Origin: Octopus sinensis
Lineage: Eukaryota
Length of the DNA: 64,000 bases
Assembly (NCBI RefSeq): GCF_006345805.1
Contig: NC_043007.1
Location: 40,238,001 to 40,302,000, forward strand
Reading direction: 5' to 3'
Part shown: positions 39,201 through 52,866 of the stretch, piece by piece
How positions within the stretch are numbered: position 1 is the stretch's first letter
How the letters are laid out: the number at the start of each line of letters is the position of its first letter
Made by a program: the position numbers and the translations under genes
Notes under the pieces: model-generated
What the model was told of the DNA's origin: nothing
The model's database searches: none
The model's input: the letters and a program-made list of their open reading frames with translations, nothing else

Positions 39201-40255
39201 ATGTTCTGGTAGCATCTTTGTTTCTAGATAGGAACACATATATTTGAGCTGAGAGAAAGGGAGCTGCACATAGAAAGTATGGATCAACCAATGTGTCTAA
39301 GGAAATACGGAATATGTGATGCAACATTTTTATTGAAAAAATAAATTACTGTACTTATATGGTATTGTAATTATGACTAAGTAGACCAAAGAAGACATAA
39401 GAAGAAATGGTAAAGTTGGATCTGAGGATGCTGAGCCTCACAGAAAATGACACAGATTCAGAAGAATTGGCAATATGCTGTGTGGTTGATGCACACAAAC
39501 CTTACGAGCATAGGAGAATGGACATTAAAAAGATAATTATATTAGTGTGGTTGTTTAACAAATCATTCTTAATCCAGCAGACCTGTAGTCAAAAAGCATG
39601 CAAACCACGGCTATCCATTTTGACATAGTGTAACTTAGACTATGTTTTACAAGGTGTGATTTGAAGGAGATTTGGAATCTAACGGATTGATCAATGATTA
39701 TGATGGCTGAAGTTGTGTTACTAGTGACAATAGTAATGGTGTTGGTGACTGACAGTTGCAGCAGCCACAATGATGGTGACAATGGTTAAATTAGGAAAAT
39801 AGAGGAACCAGTTCAAAGACAAAAAATTACCAATGATAAGATGTAGGTGGTGTAGGAGCCAGTCTACAAAACAGTGAATATGAGAGCTTCTAAGCAGTTT
39901 TCAATCTTGGTAGGAATAACAGTAAAATTTTTCACAAATCATACTAAAGGAAAGCACACTGGCTTATGTAATCTGAGATATACATATACACAGTCTCAAG
40001 AATTACAACACTGATGAGCACAGACAATAAAAGAGCCTTTACACAAGCAATTCATCCTACATGAAATAACAGCTACATCTCCCTCAGATCACAACCTACC
40101 ATCTTAAAAAAATCATACTTTTAAATATAAGGGACTACATTTTATATAATGTAGTCTCTGGTATATATATTTCTGTAAGGAATCTATCTGAAAAAGAGGA
40201 GGCAGAGAAGGACAAGGAGGTTAGGATAAACAAAAGGATGGTCATAAAAACTTAC

Positions 40256-40349
40256 TAGCTGCTGTTTCTAGGAGATTAAGTTTATCTTCCATGGAACTTA
40301 TATAGCTATTCAGTCTGTTGATTTCATCTTCGGAATGTTCTAATTGTTT
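40256..40349 (-). CDS. TRIP11: TRIP11 exon KQLEHSEDEINRLNSYISSMEDKLNLLETAA
   Basis: ttccag acceptor, gtaagt donor, 94 nt, phase 0-1, coiled-coil composition. Confidence 0.85.
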
Positions 40350-41171
40350 CTGGAAACAAGCATAAATAAGAAAAAAAGTAGAAGTTAAAGAAGTTAAAGA
40401 AAAACTTGTAAGGCATAGTAAAAGGTATAAAATTAACTTAGGAAATACCAGAAGCTAACTTCATTCAATAAAATGTTTGAACTGGCTTTAATGGCTGTGG
40501 GGCATACTAGTGAGTTTCTATATCGCAGTGTTTGACTAACAGCAAAATGTACAGAATAATACATGCTCTATTTAGCATATAAGCTTCCTAAATCTGAATC
40601 ATACAAAGTAGAGTGTTACCTTTCATGGGACAGATAACTTTGTAGGTATACTTTTACCACCATGGGTAATAGCAGGAAACACGATACCAAATTATAAAAT
40701 TTCTTGGTCCCTATACAATATGATCAAATGAAAACTAATTTTCAAAGGAAAATATTTATCATTTTAAATTAAATTTAAATGAAATAATATTCAAAAAGTC
40801 AAAAATGAAACTGAAAGCAAAATAACTGAGCCGATTCTATACTATGGAAGTTTACACACATGCACAGACATAAATACACACATTATGTGTGTGTGTGTGT
40901 GTGTGTTTAGACAGATAGATATAGATGAGTAGTCAAAAACTGTTTAGAAGATCTTCAGGTGCAGAGTACCAGTCATTCAAAAGATGAAGCCTTGTCAGAA
41001 ACTGATTCATACTGATGGAATTATGCTAAGGACACATATGTCTGTAGAATGTTCAGCCACTTGCATGTTAACTTAAGAGCAAGTAATTCACAAGATATAT
41101 GTGTGTGTGTGTGTGTGTGTGTGCGTGCGTGTGTGTGCATGTGTGCGTGTACATGTGTGTGCATGTATATA

Positions 41172-41543
41172 TCTATTATATAAAATCCGTTCTGTCTGTC
41201 TGTCTAGGATCTCGGGCATCCTCCATCCGATTGCACTCAAATTTGATATGTAGATACCAATGGTATCAGAGCGTGTATAAGTCTTGAAAAAAATTACAAA
41301 AATCGATTCCAGGTGAGAATGCAATCGATAAAGCTGTGGGAACATGCATTTGTAAAATCGTCTTTCTTGGAATAGAAAAAAAGTCTATCTTTATTTCTTC
41401 TTTTGCTGGCGTCCCAAATTTAGGTTAAATCAGTGTTTCTCACAGGGGAGACCTATGGGATGGTAGGACAAGTTGTTTTGAGAAAATTTGGTTTAAATGT
41501 TTAACAACTCAGCACAGTCCAGTGGACGGGGGTGTTTTGCTAA
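41172..41543 (+). mobile_element. Non-autonomous Helitron-like element
   Basis: A|TCTATTATATAAA start, (CTGT)n, ccgattgcactcaaatttg, degenerate GC-rich end with CTAA. Confidence 0.5.
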
Positions 41544-41667
41544 CATATATATATATATATATAAAGAGAAAGAGAGGACTTTTTAACAGAATTTTTATTA
41601 CCATTCATATTCTCTTTTGCTGTAAATTTTCAGTACCCTAACATCAAAATAAAACCATTGTCTTTAC

Positions 41668-41717
41668 CTTTAACGTTTTTTCCTCCGCACTTTCCACAGC
41701 TTCTTTTGTTTCATTAC
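41668..41717 (-). CDS. TRIP11: TRIP11 exon (G)NETKEAVESAEEKTLK
   Basis: cag acceptor, gtaaag donor, 50 nt, phase 1-0 fits neighbours. Confidence 0.8.
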
Positions 41718-42693
41718 CTGATTAAAAGAAAATTATCCAAAATGTCAAATAATTAATGTCTAATGACATGGGTGGCATGTAATATCCCGGGAAGTAGGGG
41801 ATGACTGTGATAACAAAAGTGTTTGTAATTTGGAATGATGGAGGTAGTAGCCATGGAAGAGATGGACACGTAAATAATTTGAAGAGTAGTAGTGAGATTA
41901 GATTTCAGGATATTGGGTGTCACAGCATGGGTCTGCAGTGATAAAGCACATTGCAGATCTATACTAACAAGGATAAACCATTTTACTTTATTAGTTAGTA
42001 AAGAGGATTGTGCTTATAACTACAAACCCATGCTAACAAGGATAAACTTATTTTTAATCATTTAGCAAAGAGGAAAAGGTGATGTCTATGACCCTTTTAA
42101 GGCCTCAAAGATGCCCCAGCTGCTTGCAATAAACTGGACTTTGTTACAGGTATCTGGAAAGCAGATGGTCATATTAAACCAAGCAATGGATTACATCTGC
42201 TACACAAATAAGTGACAACAGGATTTGGACAACAGGATGTATAGACCAGGAGGAATGACACAAGGCATTTTGTCCAATGGTCTGCCAATTATTCTGTCAA
42301 TCATAATGCCTTAAATCGGTACTATATTTATCAACCCCTGGAAGGATGAAAGGAAAAGGTGACTTCAGCAGGATTTGAACTCAGTACCTCATAAAAATCA
42401 AGATAAATACCACAGGACATTCCATACAGATACTTTAATGATTCAGCTGATTCATTACCTATGCTAAAATGATGATGATGATCATGTTGATGATGATACT
42501 TAGTTTATCAATCTCAGAATTATGCAAGACAAAATTAATTTCAGTGGGGTTTGAACACAGAATTCTGAATGTAAAACAACATAACAAAATATCACAAAGC
42601 ATTTTGTCTATTGCTCAACCCATTCTATCAAAGGAAAAAAATCCACGCTAATTCTACCAAATAAAAAAAGACAGATGAACAGGAATGGCGCAC

Positions 42694-42829
42694 CTGATGT
42701 CTGTTGACTGTCCAATTTTTCTTGATATGTTTTTTTAAGGTCGGTGATCTTCTGGTAGTACATATTTTGGAGGGCAGACACTTCATCATGATGCCGTTCT
42801 TTCTCAGTATGGAACTGTTTCTCAAGCTC
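42694..42829 (-). CDS. TRIP11: TRIP11 exon ELEKQFHTEKERHHDEVSALQNMYYQKITDLKKTYQEKLDSQQTS
   Basis: ttttcag acceptor, gtgcgc donor, phase 0-1; resembles human 'HQHEMSVLQNAHQQKLTEI' (recalled). Confidence 0.9.
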
Positions 42830-43429
42830 CTGAAAATAATTTTGAAAAACATTCAATTTCTCTTGATATAAATTCCAATAAGCAGTAAATTTTGTTAATG
42901 ATAATAATGATTTCAAATTTTGGCAGAAGGTCAATAATTCCAAAGGATGGAATAAATCAATTACAACAACCCGAGTGATCGACTGATACATATTTTATGA
43001 ACTCTGAAAGGATCAAAGGCAAAGTTGACCTGGCAGAATTTGAACACAGACAAATGAAATGTCACTAAGCATTTTGCTTGGTGTGGTAACGATTCTGGAA
43101 GCTCACTGCAACTGCAGCAGCAATAGCTACAACAACAACAACAATAATCATCATCGTCATCATCTAACAAGATTTCTTATTTCTTTACTGCCCACAAGGG
43201 GTACACACAAAGGGGACAAACAAGGACAGACAAACGGATTAAGTCTATTATATCAACCCCAGAGCATAACTGGTACTTATTTAATCGACCCCGAAAGATG
43301 AAAGGCAAAGTCGACCTCGGTGGAATTTGAACTCAGAACATAGCGGCAGATGAAATACCGCTAAGCATTTCACCCAGCGTGCTAATGTCTCTGCCAGCTC
43401 ACCACCTTCAAAACATCTAACAAGGTTTC

Positions 43430-43980
43430 TACAATTGGTTTCTACAATTGCCCTTCCTGACACCAGCCACTCTGAGAGTGTAGAGGATGCTTTTTAGATT
43501 CCTCTGGAATGGGTAGCAGTCAGGCAAAACTGGCATCGGCCACCACTATGATTTCACTTGACTCAACAGGTCTTCTCAAGCACAGCATATTGCCTAACAA
43601 TTGAAGAGTACTTTTAAATGGGCTAGTTATGAGACACTGGCATCAGCCATGGCTATGATCTCATGACTTGCTGGATCTTCTCAATCACAGCATATCTCCA
43701 AAGGTCTCGGTCACTTGTCATTGCCTCTGTGAGTCCCACTGTTCAAAGGTCATGCTTTACCACCTCATCCAATGTCTTCCTGTGTCTACCTCTTCCACAG
43801 GTTTCCTCTACTGCTAGGGTGTGACACTTCTTCACACAGCTGTCCTCATCAATATGCAATACATGACCATACCAATGCAGTTGTCTCTCTTGTACACCAC
43901 ATCTGATGCTTCTTATGTCTAACTTTTCCCTCAGGGTGCTTGCACTCTGTCTTATATGCACACTGACATTACACATCCAA
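43430..43980 (-). mobile_element. RTE LINE 3' end (ORF C-terminus plus 3' UTR)
   Basis: LREKLDIRSIRCGVQERQLHWYGHV...GRGRHRKTLDEVVKHDL matches the RTE 'RLRWYGHV..GRPRKTW' C-terminus. Confidence 0.85.
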
Positions 43981-44037
43981 ACAATAATAATAATAATAAT
44001 AATAATCCTTTCTACTAAAGTCACAAAGCCTGAAATA

Positions 44038-44330
44038 TCGGTCTCTCTTGCCAAACCGCTAAGTTATGGGAACGTAAACACACCAGCATCGGTTGTCAAG
44101 TGATGTTGGGAGGGACAAACACAGACACACAAACATATACACGCATACGTATATATATACATATCTACGATGGGCTTCTTTCAGTTTCCGTCTACCAAAT
44201 CCACTAACAAGGCTTTAGTCGGTCCGAGGCTATAGGAGAAGATGCTTGCCCAAGGTGCCATGCAGTGGGACTGAACCTGGAACCAAGTGATTCGTAAGCA
44301 AGCTACTTACAACACAGACACTCCTACACC
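44038..44330 (-). mobile_element. CORE-like tRNA SINE (3'-truncated)
   Basis: Same family as 16245-16665. Confidence 0.75.
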
Positions 44331-45103
44331 TAAAAGTATCATATATATTCTTTTCTGTTCCTGTCTTGGTAACCTCACCACTTCTTGGTTCACTTGTTAA
44401 GGTTGTCTCAACATATTTTCTATAGAAATTATAGCTAGCATTGATTTGTTATGACATTTCATATCTGAGTACGCCTAATGTAAACAACAGTGAGATCAAA
44501 GATGAAGAATGAGTAATGCATGTATGTGTCATATTTCAGAAATTCTTGCTCCTGTGCAACCCATTAATACAATATTGACATACAAAGCATTTAATATACT
44601 TCATAGTATATTATAGTATGTTTAAGTCTCCCTAAAACTCGTTAACTTCTTGGCTCATACAACTGGGAATAGTCCCAGTTTGCTGCCAGTCACAGCTGAC
44701 AGCTGCCTTGATGGGGACAAACAAGTCTGGTATGTAGCAATAAAACCCCTAGGTCAAATCATCTATTTGCTTCTTGCACAGCCAGTTATAACATCTGTTA
44801 TTTCAATCAACTTCTCCATTAACATTGCCAAGAACTTGCATCAGCTGATATGTGAAACCAAGTTGCTGTGGCTGGCTAGAAATTTAACATTTACATTTTT
44901 TTGCCAACATGAGCCTTCTGCTGGATAGAGTTGAGATTAGAATCAAGCTTAGCAGGATTTAGACTCAAAAACTTTTCTTAATGATGTATCAGATATCTAA
45001 TGAAATTTAATCAAAGCATTAAATTTGAAAAAAAAATTTTGATAGAAAACGAAGGAAAAAAAAGGTATGAAATTTATGAGAAGAAGAATAAAAGGAAACT
45101 TAC

Positions 45104-45169
45104 TTTGTTTTTATTTTGGAGTTCTGCAATATCTGCCAACACTTGTGATGATTCACCTCTTTCTGAACT
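45104..45169 (-). CDS. TRIP11: TRIP11/GMAP-210 exon (most 5' exon found; phase 0-0) SSERGESSQVLADIAELQNKNK
   Basis: tag acceptor after pyrimidine tract, gtaagt donor, 66 nt; resembles the human GMAP-210 segment 'SEICKLQNIIK' (recalled). Confidence 0.8.
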
Positions 45170-45202
45170 CTATAAAAAACAAAAAGATAATAATAATAAT
45201 AA

Positions 45203-45261
<59 letters not shown>

Positions 45262-46607
45262 TTGGTATTATTATTATTATTATATGCATTACCAGGCACT
45301 GGCTTTCATGGCTTCTGATCTTAACTGATCGGAAGTGTTATCATGTATAAGTTTTGTCTTGGTATAAAAGATGGGCTACAGCAACCGTTCTGCTCAATAC
45401 CACAGATTTGCTTGTCAGTTGTTTGACTGTAACCAGTTGAGCATGTCCCTTGGTGGCCAACAATAGGTGCATTTCCGATCATGAGCAGTAGTTGGAGAGC
45501 ATCATAGCCATGTGCTGAGAGGAATTAATTGGGGTTTAAATAATTCCCCTCTGGAAAGATGGGTGTTTCATTCAACATTCTATCCACTCTTGCCATTCTT
45601 TCAATTTCCACCCACCTTTCGATTAATTCACTCAAGAACAGAACCAACTTTTCCACCTTCACTTTCCAAATGAAATTTGTAAAAGTCAACGAGGGATCTG
45701 TCATAAAGGAAAGTCTCTGTCTTCATACCTTTCAGCTTTATCCATTAGACAACCTCTTTTGCAATCACCACAAGACAAAATAAAACTGTCTGACCTGCCT
45801 GATTAAGAAAGGCAGTGGGGCAATTATCACTATGAACTCAGCTGATAGATCCATTTCACACACAGCAGCAGCTGTTCAATCTAACTCCACAAGTCAACAA
45901 TACTTGGACATCCAATGAGTGCATCTCAGACAAGCCCATCAGACAGCTCATCTGAGCCTGTAGAATTTATCTTGAACTAGTAGTGTTACTTGGTAGCATT
46001 GCCAAGCCAAAGACTTCTGGAAATTATTCATGGTAGTCACCCAACTAGAAAGTCCTCCTGAACAGAGGTGCCACTTCATTTTCAGTGATTCTCTAAGTCT
46101 CTCCAAGAATGTCAAAGCACTTTCCAGCCACTAATCCTCTGGATATTGTAAGAGTGGAACATCCACCAATCCCATTATCTGACTGGAGGGCTGTGAGTAC
46201 CTGGTAACACTCTAAGTGCAAGGTGCCCAGTCTCTTTCTTTCTTTTATCCAAGATTGCAGCTTCAAGATGATGATCTGTGAAAAGACTTGTCTCATGAAT
46301 GGAGCAGTCTTGCTCCTCTCACCTATCTCTAGTGTCAGATACATTTCATTTGCCACAAGGGCAACTGATGATGGAAAATTGCAAGGACAAATTACAAAAC
46401 CTATGAGGGTTTACTTAAACTAGAGTATGAAAAAAAAAATTTTTAACATACAAAAATAGGTATAGAAAACAGCAATATACAAAAGCAATGAAATGAGAAG
46501 TCTCAACTGGGGATGGCCATCTAGGGCCCATCAAGGAATCAGCAACTCCAAGATCACTCACCATTATCTCTCCCATTTTTACCACACACACACACACAAA
46601 CACACAC

Positions 46608-46815
46608 ATGAAGGGGTGCCAAAAATTCCTGGCTTTAAGGATATCATGAAATGCCTGGAAGCCCAACATTCAGAGTTATTTTACAAGGCTTAGAAAAGCT
46701 GAAAGACTGGTGGAATAAATATGTGAGTTTGAGATGGAAATATGTTGGATAAAATCCTAATCAACTGTATTTTCTTTTAACCAAAGCCAGGAACATTTCA
46801 GCAACAACCCTCATA
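46608..46815 (+). mobile_element. ~210-bp mariner-derived MITE
   Basis: Inverted ends gaaggggtgccaaaaattcctggctt / aagccaggaacatttcagcaacaaccctcata; interior resembles a transposase C-terminus (LEKLKDWWNKYVSLRWKYVG*). Confidence 0.7.
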
Positions 46816-47046
46816 TCATCATCATCATCATCATCATCATCATTTAGCGTCCGCTTTCCATGCTAGCATGGGTTGGACGGTTCTGTGAAGCCAGAAGGCT
46901 ACATCAGGCCCAGTCTGATCTGGCAGTGTTTCTATGGCTGGATGCCCTTCCTAACGCCAACCACTCCGTGAGTGTAGTGGGTGCTTTTTACGTGCCACCC
47001 ACACAGGTCCCAGACGGAGCTGGCAAACGGCCACGGACGGATGGTG

Positions 47047-47106
<60 letters not shown>

Positions 47107-47244
47107 CACATATACATACAGATAGAAACACACATACATACACTGATAAATAGACAGACAGACACATAGTAGAGAGAGACTAAGAGAGTTAAAGATATTG
47201 AGCCAAGTATTGGTAGATTAGAGAGAGGAAATATATAGATATAA

Positions 47245-47345
47245 GCAAAGAGAGAGAGAGAAAGAAAGAAAAGAGAGAGAAAGAAAGAAAAGAGAGAGAA
47301 AGAAAGAAAAGAGAGAGAAAGAAAGAAAAGAGAGAGAAAGAAAAA
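47245..47345. repeat. 19-bp purine minisatellite (agagagaaagaaagaaaag)
   Basis: About 4-5 tandem units. Confidence 0.8.
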
Positions 47346-48377
47346 AGAGTGTATGCATGTGTGTGTGTGTGATAAACAGCATTTAAACAATTGATTATAG
47401 GTGTTTAAATCAATCCAACTAGATAGTCGGTCAGTGTCCCTCAAATGTACAGGATATCAGAACAATATTGATTCCCAGGGAACATTATCAAGCTGTTGTT
47501 TGTGACACTTATCACATCACCGAAGGAGCAGGGGGTGGGATGGGAGTTGAAGGTGGTGGAGATTTACATTTTTCTTTTTTTTTTTTTTACCTTTTGCTTC
47601 TGAAGTTTTGTTCGTTTTAGATCTTTCCTTCCCCCACCCACCTTGTTTTTTTTAATTTCGAGTAAATAAACTAACACAAATCTTTCTTCATTTATCTTAT
47701 CTATTGCAATTTCTATTTCACTCCCTCTTCTTCTAATCCATATCCCATCGATTCCCCACCACCACCACCACTACCACCACAGCAGCAGCAGCAGCTGCCA
47801 TCACCACTGCCATCACCACCACCTTCACTACCACCGCCCCTGCCACCACCACCACCAACAACAACAACACTGCTACCACCACTGCCACCATCACCACTCT
47901 ACCAGCTAATTATCTTGTATCTGTTTCTCATCACCGTCTTGACTCATTTAAAATTCTCAAGAAGTCGATAAAGACCAGTTCACTCCCCCCATTCATCCCC
48001 ACTCGCCCCCAGAGACTTTTAAACTGAACTAAATAGGCAAGGGTTCAGGTTCAAATCCAGATAGGTCACAACAGGTTCTAAAATTACGTCTACAAAACAC
48101 CACTCTGTCTCTAATAGATAGGTGGGGATGGACAGGATGGAAGGACATACAGCCAGGTACCATGTGCTCAGTCAAACAATCAGCTATATGCATCAAACAT
48201 TAATTGCAACATCTATTTTTACTTTGGTAAATAGCACCAAATGTGTTCAGGTGTAATCAAAGAACTGCAATTTCTTGGGAGATTCAAGCTGATGAGAGTT
48301 AACTCTCCCTTTGGGAAGATGTCAATCTCTCTCTCTCTCTGGTACCAATTCTCAAATTTGGCAGTCTGTCTTTGGTA

Positions 48378-48672
48378 GTCTTCTACTATAGCCTCAGGCC
48401 GACCAAAGCCTTGTGAGTAGATTTCGTAGACGTCGTGTAAATATGTGTGTGTGTGTGTTTCTGTGTCTGTGTTTGTCCCCCCAACATCGCTTGACAACCA
48501 ATGCTGGTGTGTTTACGTCCCCGTAACTTAGTGGTTCGGCAAAAGAGACCGATAGAATAAGTACTAGGCTTACAAAGAATAAGTCCTGGGGTTGATTTGC
48601 TCAACTAAAGGCAGTGCTCCAGCATGGCCACTGTCAAATGACTGAAACAAGTAAAAGAGAGTAAAGAGTAAA
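48378..48672 (+). mobile_element. CORE-like tRNA SINE (5'-truncated, well preserved)
   Basis: tcttctactatagcc...gtttacgtccccgtaacttag...gactgaaacaagtaaaagag. Confidence 0.8.
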
Positions 48673-49129
48673 GAAAATGTAGAATTATATGTACTGCTCA
48701 GAGAAACTAGAAGTAGAAATAAATCTTTACTGAACTGGACACCAGACTCTTGTGGGCAACATTTTCTGGTAATCTAACACATTTAATAAACAATTAGGTA
48801 TCCTAAGGCAACGAAGAGTTACAAGAAGCATTTTGCTAAGCGACACTGAAATGAGAGATATACTTTCAACAGGATAAGATACATGTCTATTTTAGGTAGT
48901 GTATCAAAAATACAAGTAGGCAATGTACCAAAATTACATGCATATACATATATAAATGGTTGTATAAATATGCACACACATACACATATTGGTAATAACA
49001 AGGAAATCCAACCATAGAAGAAATACTAAAAAGGAAGCATAGACAAAAAACTTGTGGCCCTCAGAAACATCTAAAAGGACAACAGCTCCAAATGTGAACT
49101 CACTTGGAATCATAATAATTACCTATCTC

Positions 49130-49165
<36 letters not shown>

Positions 49166-49231
49166 CTATATCTGTCTATATATTTATACACATGTACAAA
49201 CACTCTCACAAAAATACATACATATACATAC

Positions 49232-49865
49232 AGGTGCAGGTGTAGCTGTGTGGTAAGAAGTTTGTCTAGGTGAGCTTGCAGAAACATTAGCACACCGGAC
49301 GAAATGCATAGCGCTATTTCATCTGCTGCTATGTTCTGAGTTCAAATTCTGCCGAGGTCGACTTTGCCTTTCATCCTTTCAGAGTCGATTAAATAAGTAC
49401 CAGTTACACACTGGGGTTGATATAATCAACTTAATCCGTTTGTCTGTCCTTGTTTGTCCCATCTGTGTGTAGCCCCTGGTGGGCAGTAAAGAAATAAGTT
49501 TGCCTACCAACCACATGGTTCCAGGTTTAATCCCACTGCATTGCACCCTGGGCAAGTTTCTTTTACTATAGCCTTAGGTCAACCAAAGTGTTGTAAGTAG
49601 ATTTGGTAGATGGAAACTGAAAGAAACCTGTTGTCTGTCTATGTGTCTTTGTATCTGTGTTTGTTACACCCCTACACTGCTAGACAACTGGTGTCTGGTG
49701 TTGGTGTGTTTACGTCCTTGTAACTTGCCAGTTTGGCAAAAGAGACCAACACATTAAGTTACAGGCTTATAAAAATAAGTTCTGGGTTGATTCATTCAAC
49801 TAAAATTCTTCAAGAAGGTGCCCCAGCATGGCCAGTCTAATGACTGAAACAAGTAAAAGATAAAA
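49232..49865 (+). mobile_element. CORE-like SINE interrupted by a Meta-like SINE (49269-49495) with an 11-bp TSD
   Basis: aagtttgtcta at 49258-49268 and aagtttgccta at 49496-49506 flank the insert. Confidence 0.75.
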
Positions 49866-51062
49866 GGTACAGACACACACACACACACACACATAAATAT
49901 ACATGTATATTACATATACAAAAAGTAAAATAAACAATGGAAAGGTATCAATTCATTATAGCTGTTTCTAACAATTTTTTTAATTGATTAATGGGTATCT
50001 TACATCATTATAGAAAACTGTTTTCTTCAGATAAGTATACAAATCACAGTATTAGGAACATTTAAAAACATTTAAAAATCCACGTCAGGTACATATTTTG
50101 TGATTCCACAAAATTCGCTAGTTGCAGATTCCCCTCTCTTGGAACCTGTTCCTCGCGTGTTCCAAAGTATATTATGGACTGTATATTTAATACAATGTAT
50201 GTTTCTGAATTAGCACAAGGGCTAGTAATATACGCAGAATGTGTGTATATATGTGTGTATAAAAACTAATGGCTTCAGTATCAAATTATGCCTCCATAGA
50301 GTTTCATTATTCTAGCACATTGTGTATACATATACCTACACACATACACAACATACATGTCCATATATATATTCTCACACATAGATATACACAAATATGC
50401 ATACATATACACAAATACACAAACATGTCAATGATAATATACATAAATACTATCACTAGATTTATTACAACCAATCGAGTTTAAAGCACACAGTCCAGCT
50501 TAATTATTGGTGAATACAAACACGCAGTTAACAACACCACTTCTGTTTCTCTTCTCTCCTTCTCTGTCTCTTCTACTTCACCTTCTCCTTCTCCAATCCT
50601 TTCCTTTTCTTCATTCATCTTGCCTCACCCTACTTTTCTGAAACAGTCTCCCAAACTTGCCCTACCAGCAATACTCTATCCATCCCGTCCCCAATACCAT
50701 CTCACTTGCACAACACACACACAATATCATCATGGTCATTACCATCATGATTTTCACATCCGCTTTCCAAACTGACATGGGTTTGCTGGGTCATCTTGGG
50801 CTGAGTCATCTCCGATTGAGACCTGCTGCTTCCTTAGTCTGAAGCTAAATATTAAGCTAAATATGTCACCACAATCTCTATAGCTGAATGCCCTTCCTAC
50901 CATCAACCACTTTACAAAAGGTACTGAATACATACACCTGTGCCACCATCACTGGAGAGGTTAAATAAAGGAAGTTTAGACCCCTATGCATTCTCTGTTC
51001 ATTTGCCATTCACTATACACAGTGCATTGAGCACAATTTGTGTGAATACATGCATACATATA

Positions 51063-51274
51063 TACAAGGGGGTGCTGGAAGTTTCTGGCTTTGGGTAAAA
51101 AAAATAATGGAGGATTATGATTTTATTCCATATGGTTACCCTCTCAGATTCACACACTTATAGCAGCAGTCCTGCAGTTTCTGTAAGCCCTGTAAAAGAA
51201 CTCAGAAGGTTAGGTTTCCAGTCAGGCCTTTCGTGATACCCTTAAAGCCAGGAACTTTACAGCCTCCCCTCATA
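51063..51274 (-). mobile_element. Mariner-derived MITE, inverted copy of 46608-46815
   Basis: tacaagggggtgctggaagtttctggctt ... aagccaggaactttacagcctcccctcata; interior is the reverse complement of the other copy. Confidence 0.7.
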
Positions 51275-51487
51275 TGTATATTTACACACACACACACACA
51301 CATACACACAAACAAAGATGTGTATATTCAGGTATATATTTATGCATATTTGCATGTACGTATGAATGCAAGCATACATCCACACACACTCATGCAAATT
51401 AGTAGCTCCAGTTCTCTGAAACTACTGGATTTGTTGTGTATATAAGCAGTCTGGCCACTTGTTTCTCTGGAGCAGGTCAAGTGATAT

Positions 51488-51877
51488 GGATGGATGGAAG
51501 CACTCCGTCGGTTACGACGATGAGGGTTCCGGTTGATCCGATCAACGGAACAGACTGCTTGTGAAATTAACGTGTAAGTGGCTGAGCACTCCACAGACAC
51601 GTCTACCCTTAACGTAGTTTTCGGGGATATTCAGCGTGACACAGAGAGTGACAAGGCCGGCCCTTTGAAATACAGGTACAACAGAAACAGGAAGATAGGG
51701 CGAGATAAAGTTGTGGTGAAAGAGTACAGCAGGGATCACCACCATCCCTGCCAGAGCCTCGTGGAGCTTTAGGTATTTTCGCTCAATAAACACTCACAAC
51801 GCCCGGTCTGGGAATCGAAACCGCGATCCTACAACCGCGAGTCCGCTGCCCTAACCACTGGGCCATTGCGTCTCCAC
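51488..51877 (-). mobile_element. Full-length young tRNA SINE with (TCCA)n tail and 10-bp TSD
   Basis: Head gtggagacgcaatggcccagtggttagggc...gtttcgattccc; CAAGTGATAT at 51478-51487 and 51878-51887. Confidence 0.85.
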
Positions 51878-52824
51878 CAAGTGATATAGACACCTCTCAT
51901 GAGAACACTATAAGGTTCAAAAACTGAATAAGGCTCTTCATCATTTTCTCCATCTACAGAGAGATTTTAAAATTTGCCATGTGTGTCTTCTCCCTCCAGG
52001 TACAGTCCCACGGCGTAGTACCTTGAGCAAATGTCTTCTACTATAGCCTTGGGTCAACCAAAGACTTATGAGTGGAGTTAGTAGGCAGAAACTGAAAGAA
52101 GCTCATCATATATATATATATATGTATGTACATATCTATATATGTGTGTCTTAGTGTATGTGTTAGTCTCCCACCATCACTTGACGGTTCGCGATTCAGC
52201 AAAAGAGACCAACAGAATAAGAACTAGACTAAAACAAAAAAGTACTGGGGTTGATTTGTTCAACTAAAACCCTTCAAGACAGTGCCACAGTCAAATGACT
52301 GAAACAAGATATATATGTATATATGTACATCATCATCATCACCATCATCATTTAGCATCTACTTTCCATGCTGGCATGGGTTAGATGGTTTGACTGAAAC
52401 TGATAAGCTGCACCAGATTCCAATCTGATTTTGCATGGTTTCTACGGCTGGATGCCTTTCCCAACACCAACCACTCCAAGAGTGTAATGGGTGCTTTTAA
52501 TGTGCCACTGGCATGGATGCCGGTAACATGACATTGGCAACAACTACAATTTCACTTGGCTTGATGATTCTTCTCAAGCACAGCATATCTCCAAAGGTCT
52601 CAGTCACTTATCACCTCTGTGAGGCCCAACATTTGAAGGGTGCTTTTTATGTGCCACCAGCACAGGTGCCAGTTACGTGACACCGGCATCAGCCACAACT
52701 ACAATTTCACTTGGCTCGATGAATCTTCTCAAGCATGGCATATCATCAAAGTCACTTATCACCTCCATGAGGCCCAACGTTCAAATGGTGCTTTTTATGT
52801 GTGTACGCACACACACACACACAA

Positions 52825-52866
<42 letters not shown>

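Noticed and set aside
41962-42075. ~69-bp two-copy tandem repeat
   Set aside because: Diverged local duplication with no sign of function.
45580-46400. Short ORFs in coding-like sequence
   Set aside because: Stops in all frames; looks like an old LINE remnant that I cannot classify.
47591-47950. Possible upstream TRIP11 coding exon ending AAG|gtaaaa
   Set aside because: In-frame TAA shortly upstream, no good acceptor, and the adjacent sequence is a (GGT)n-type microsatellite.
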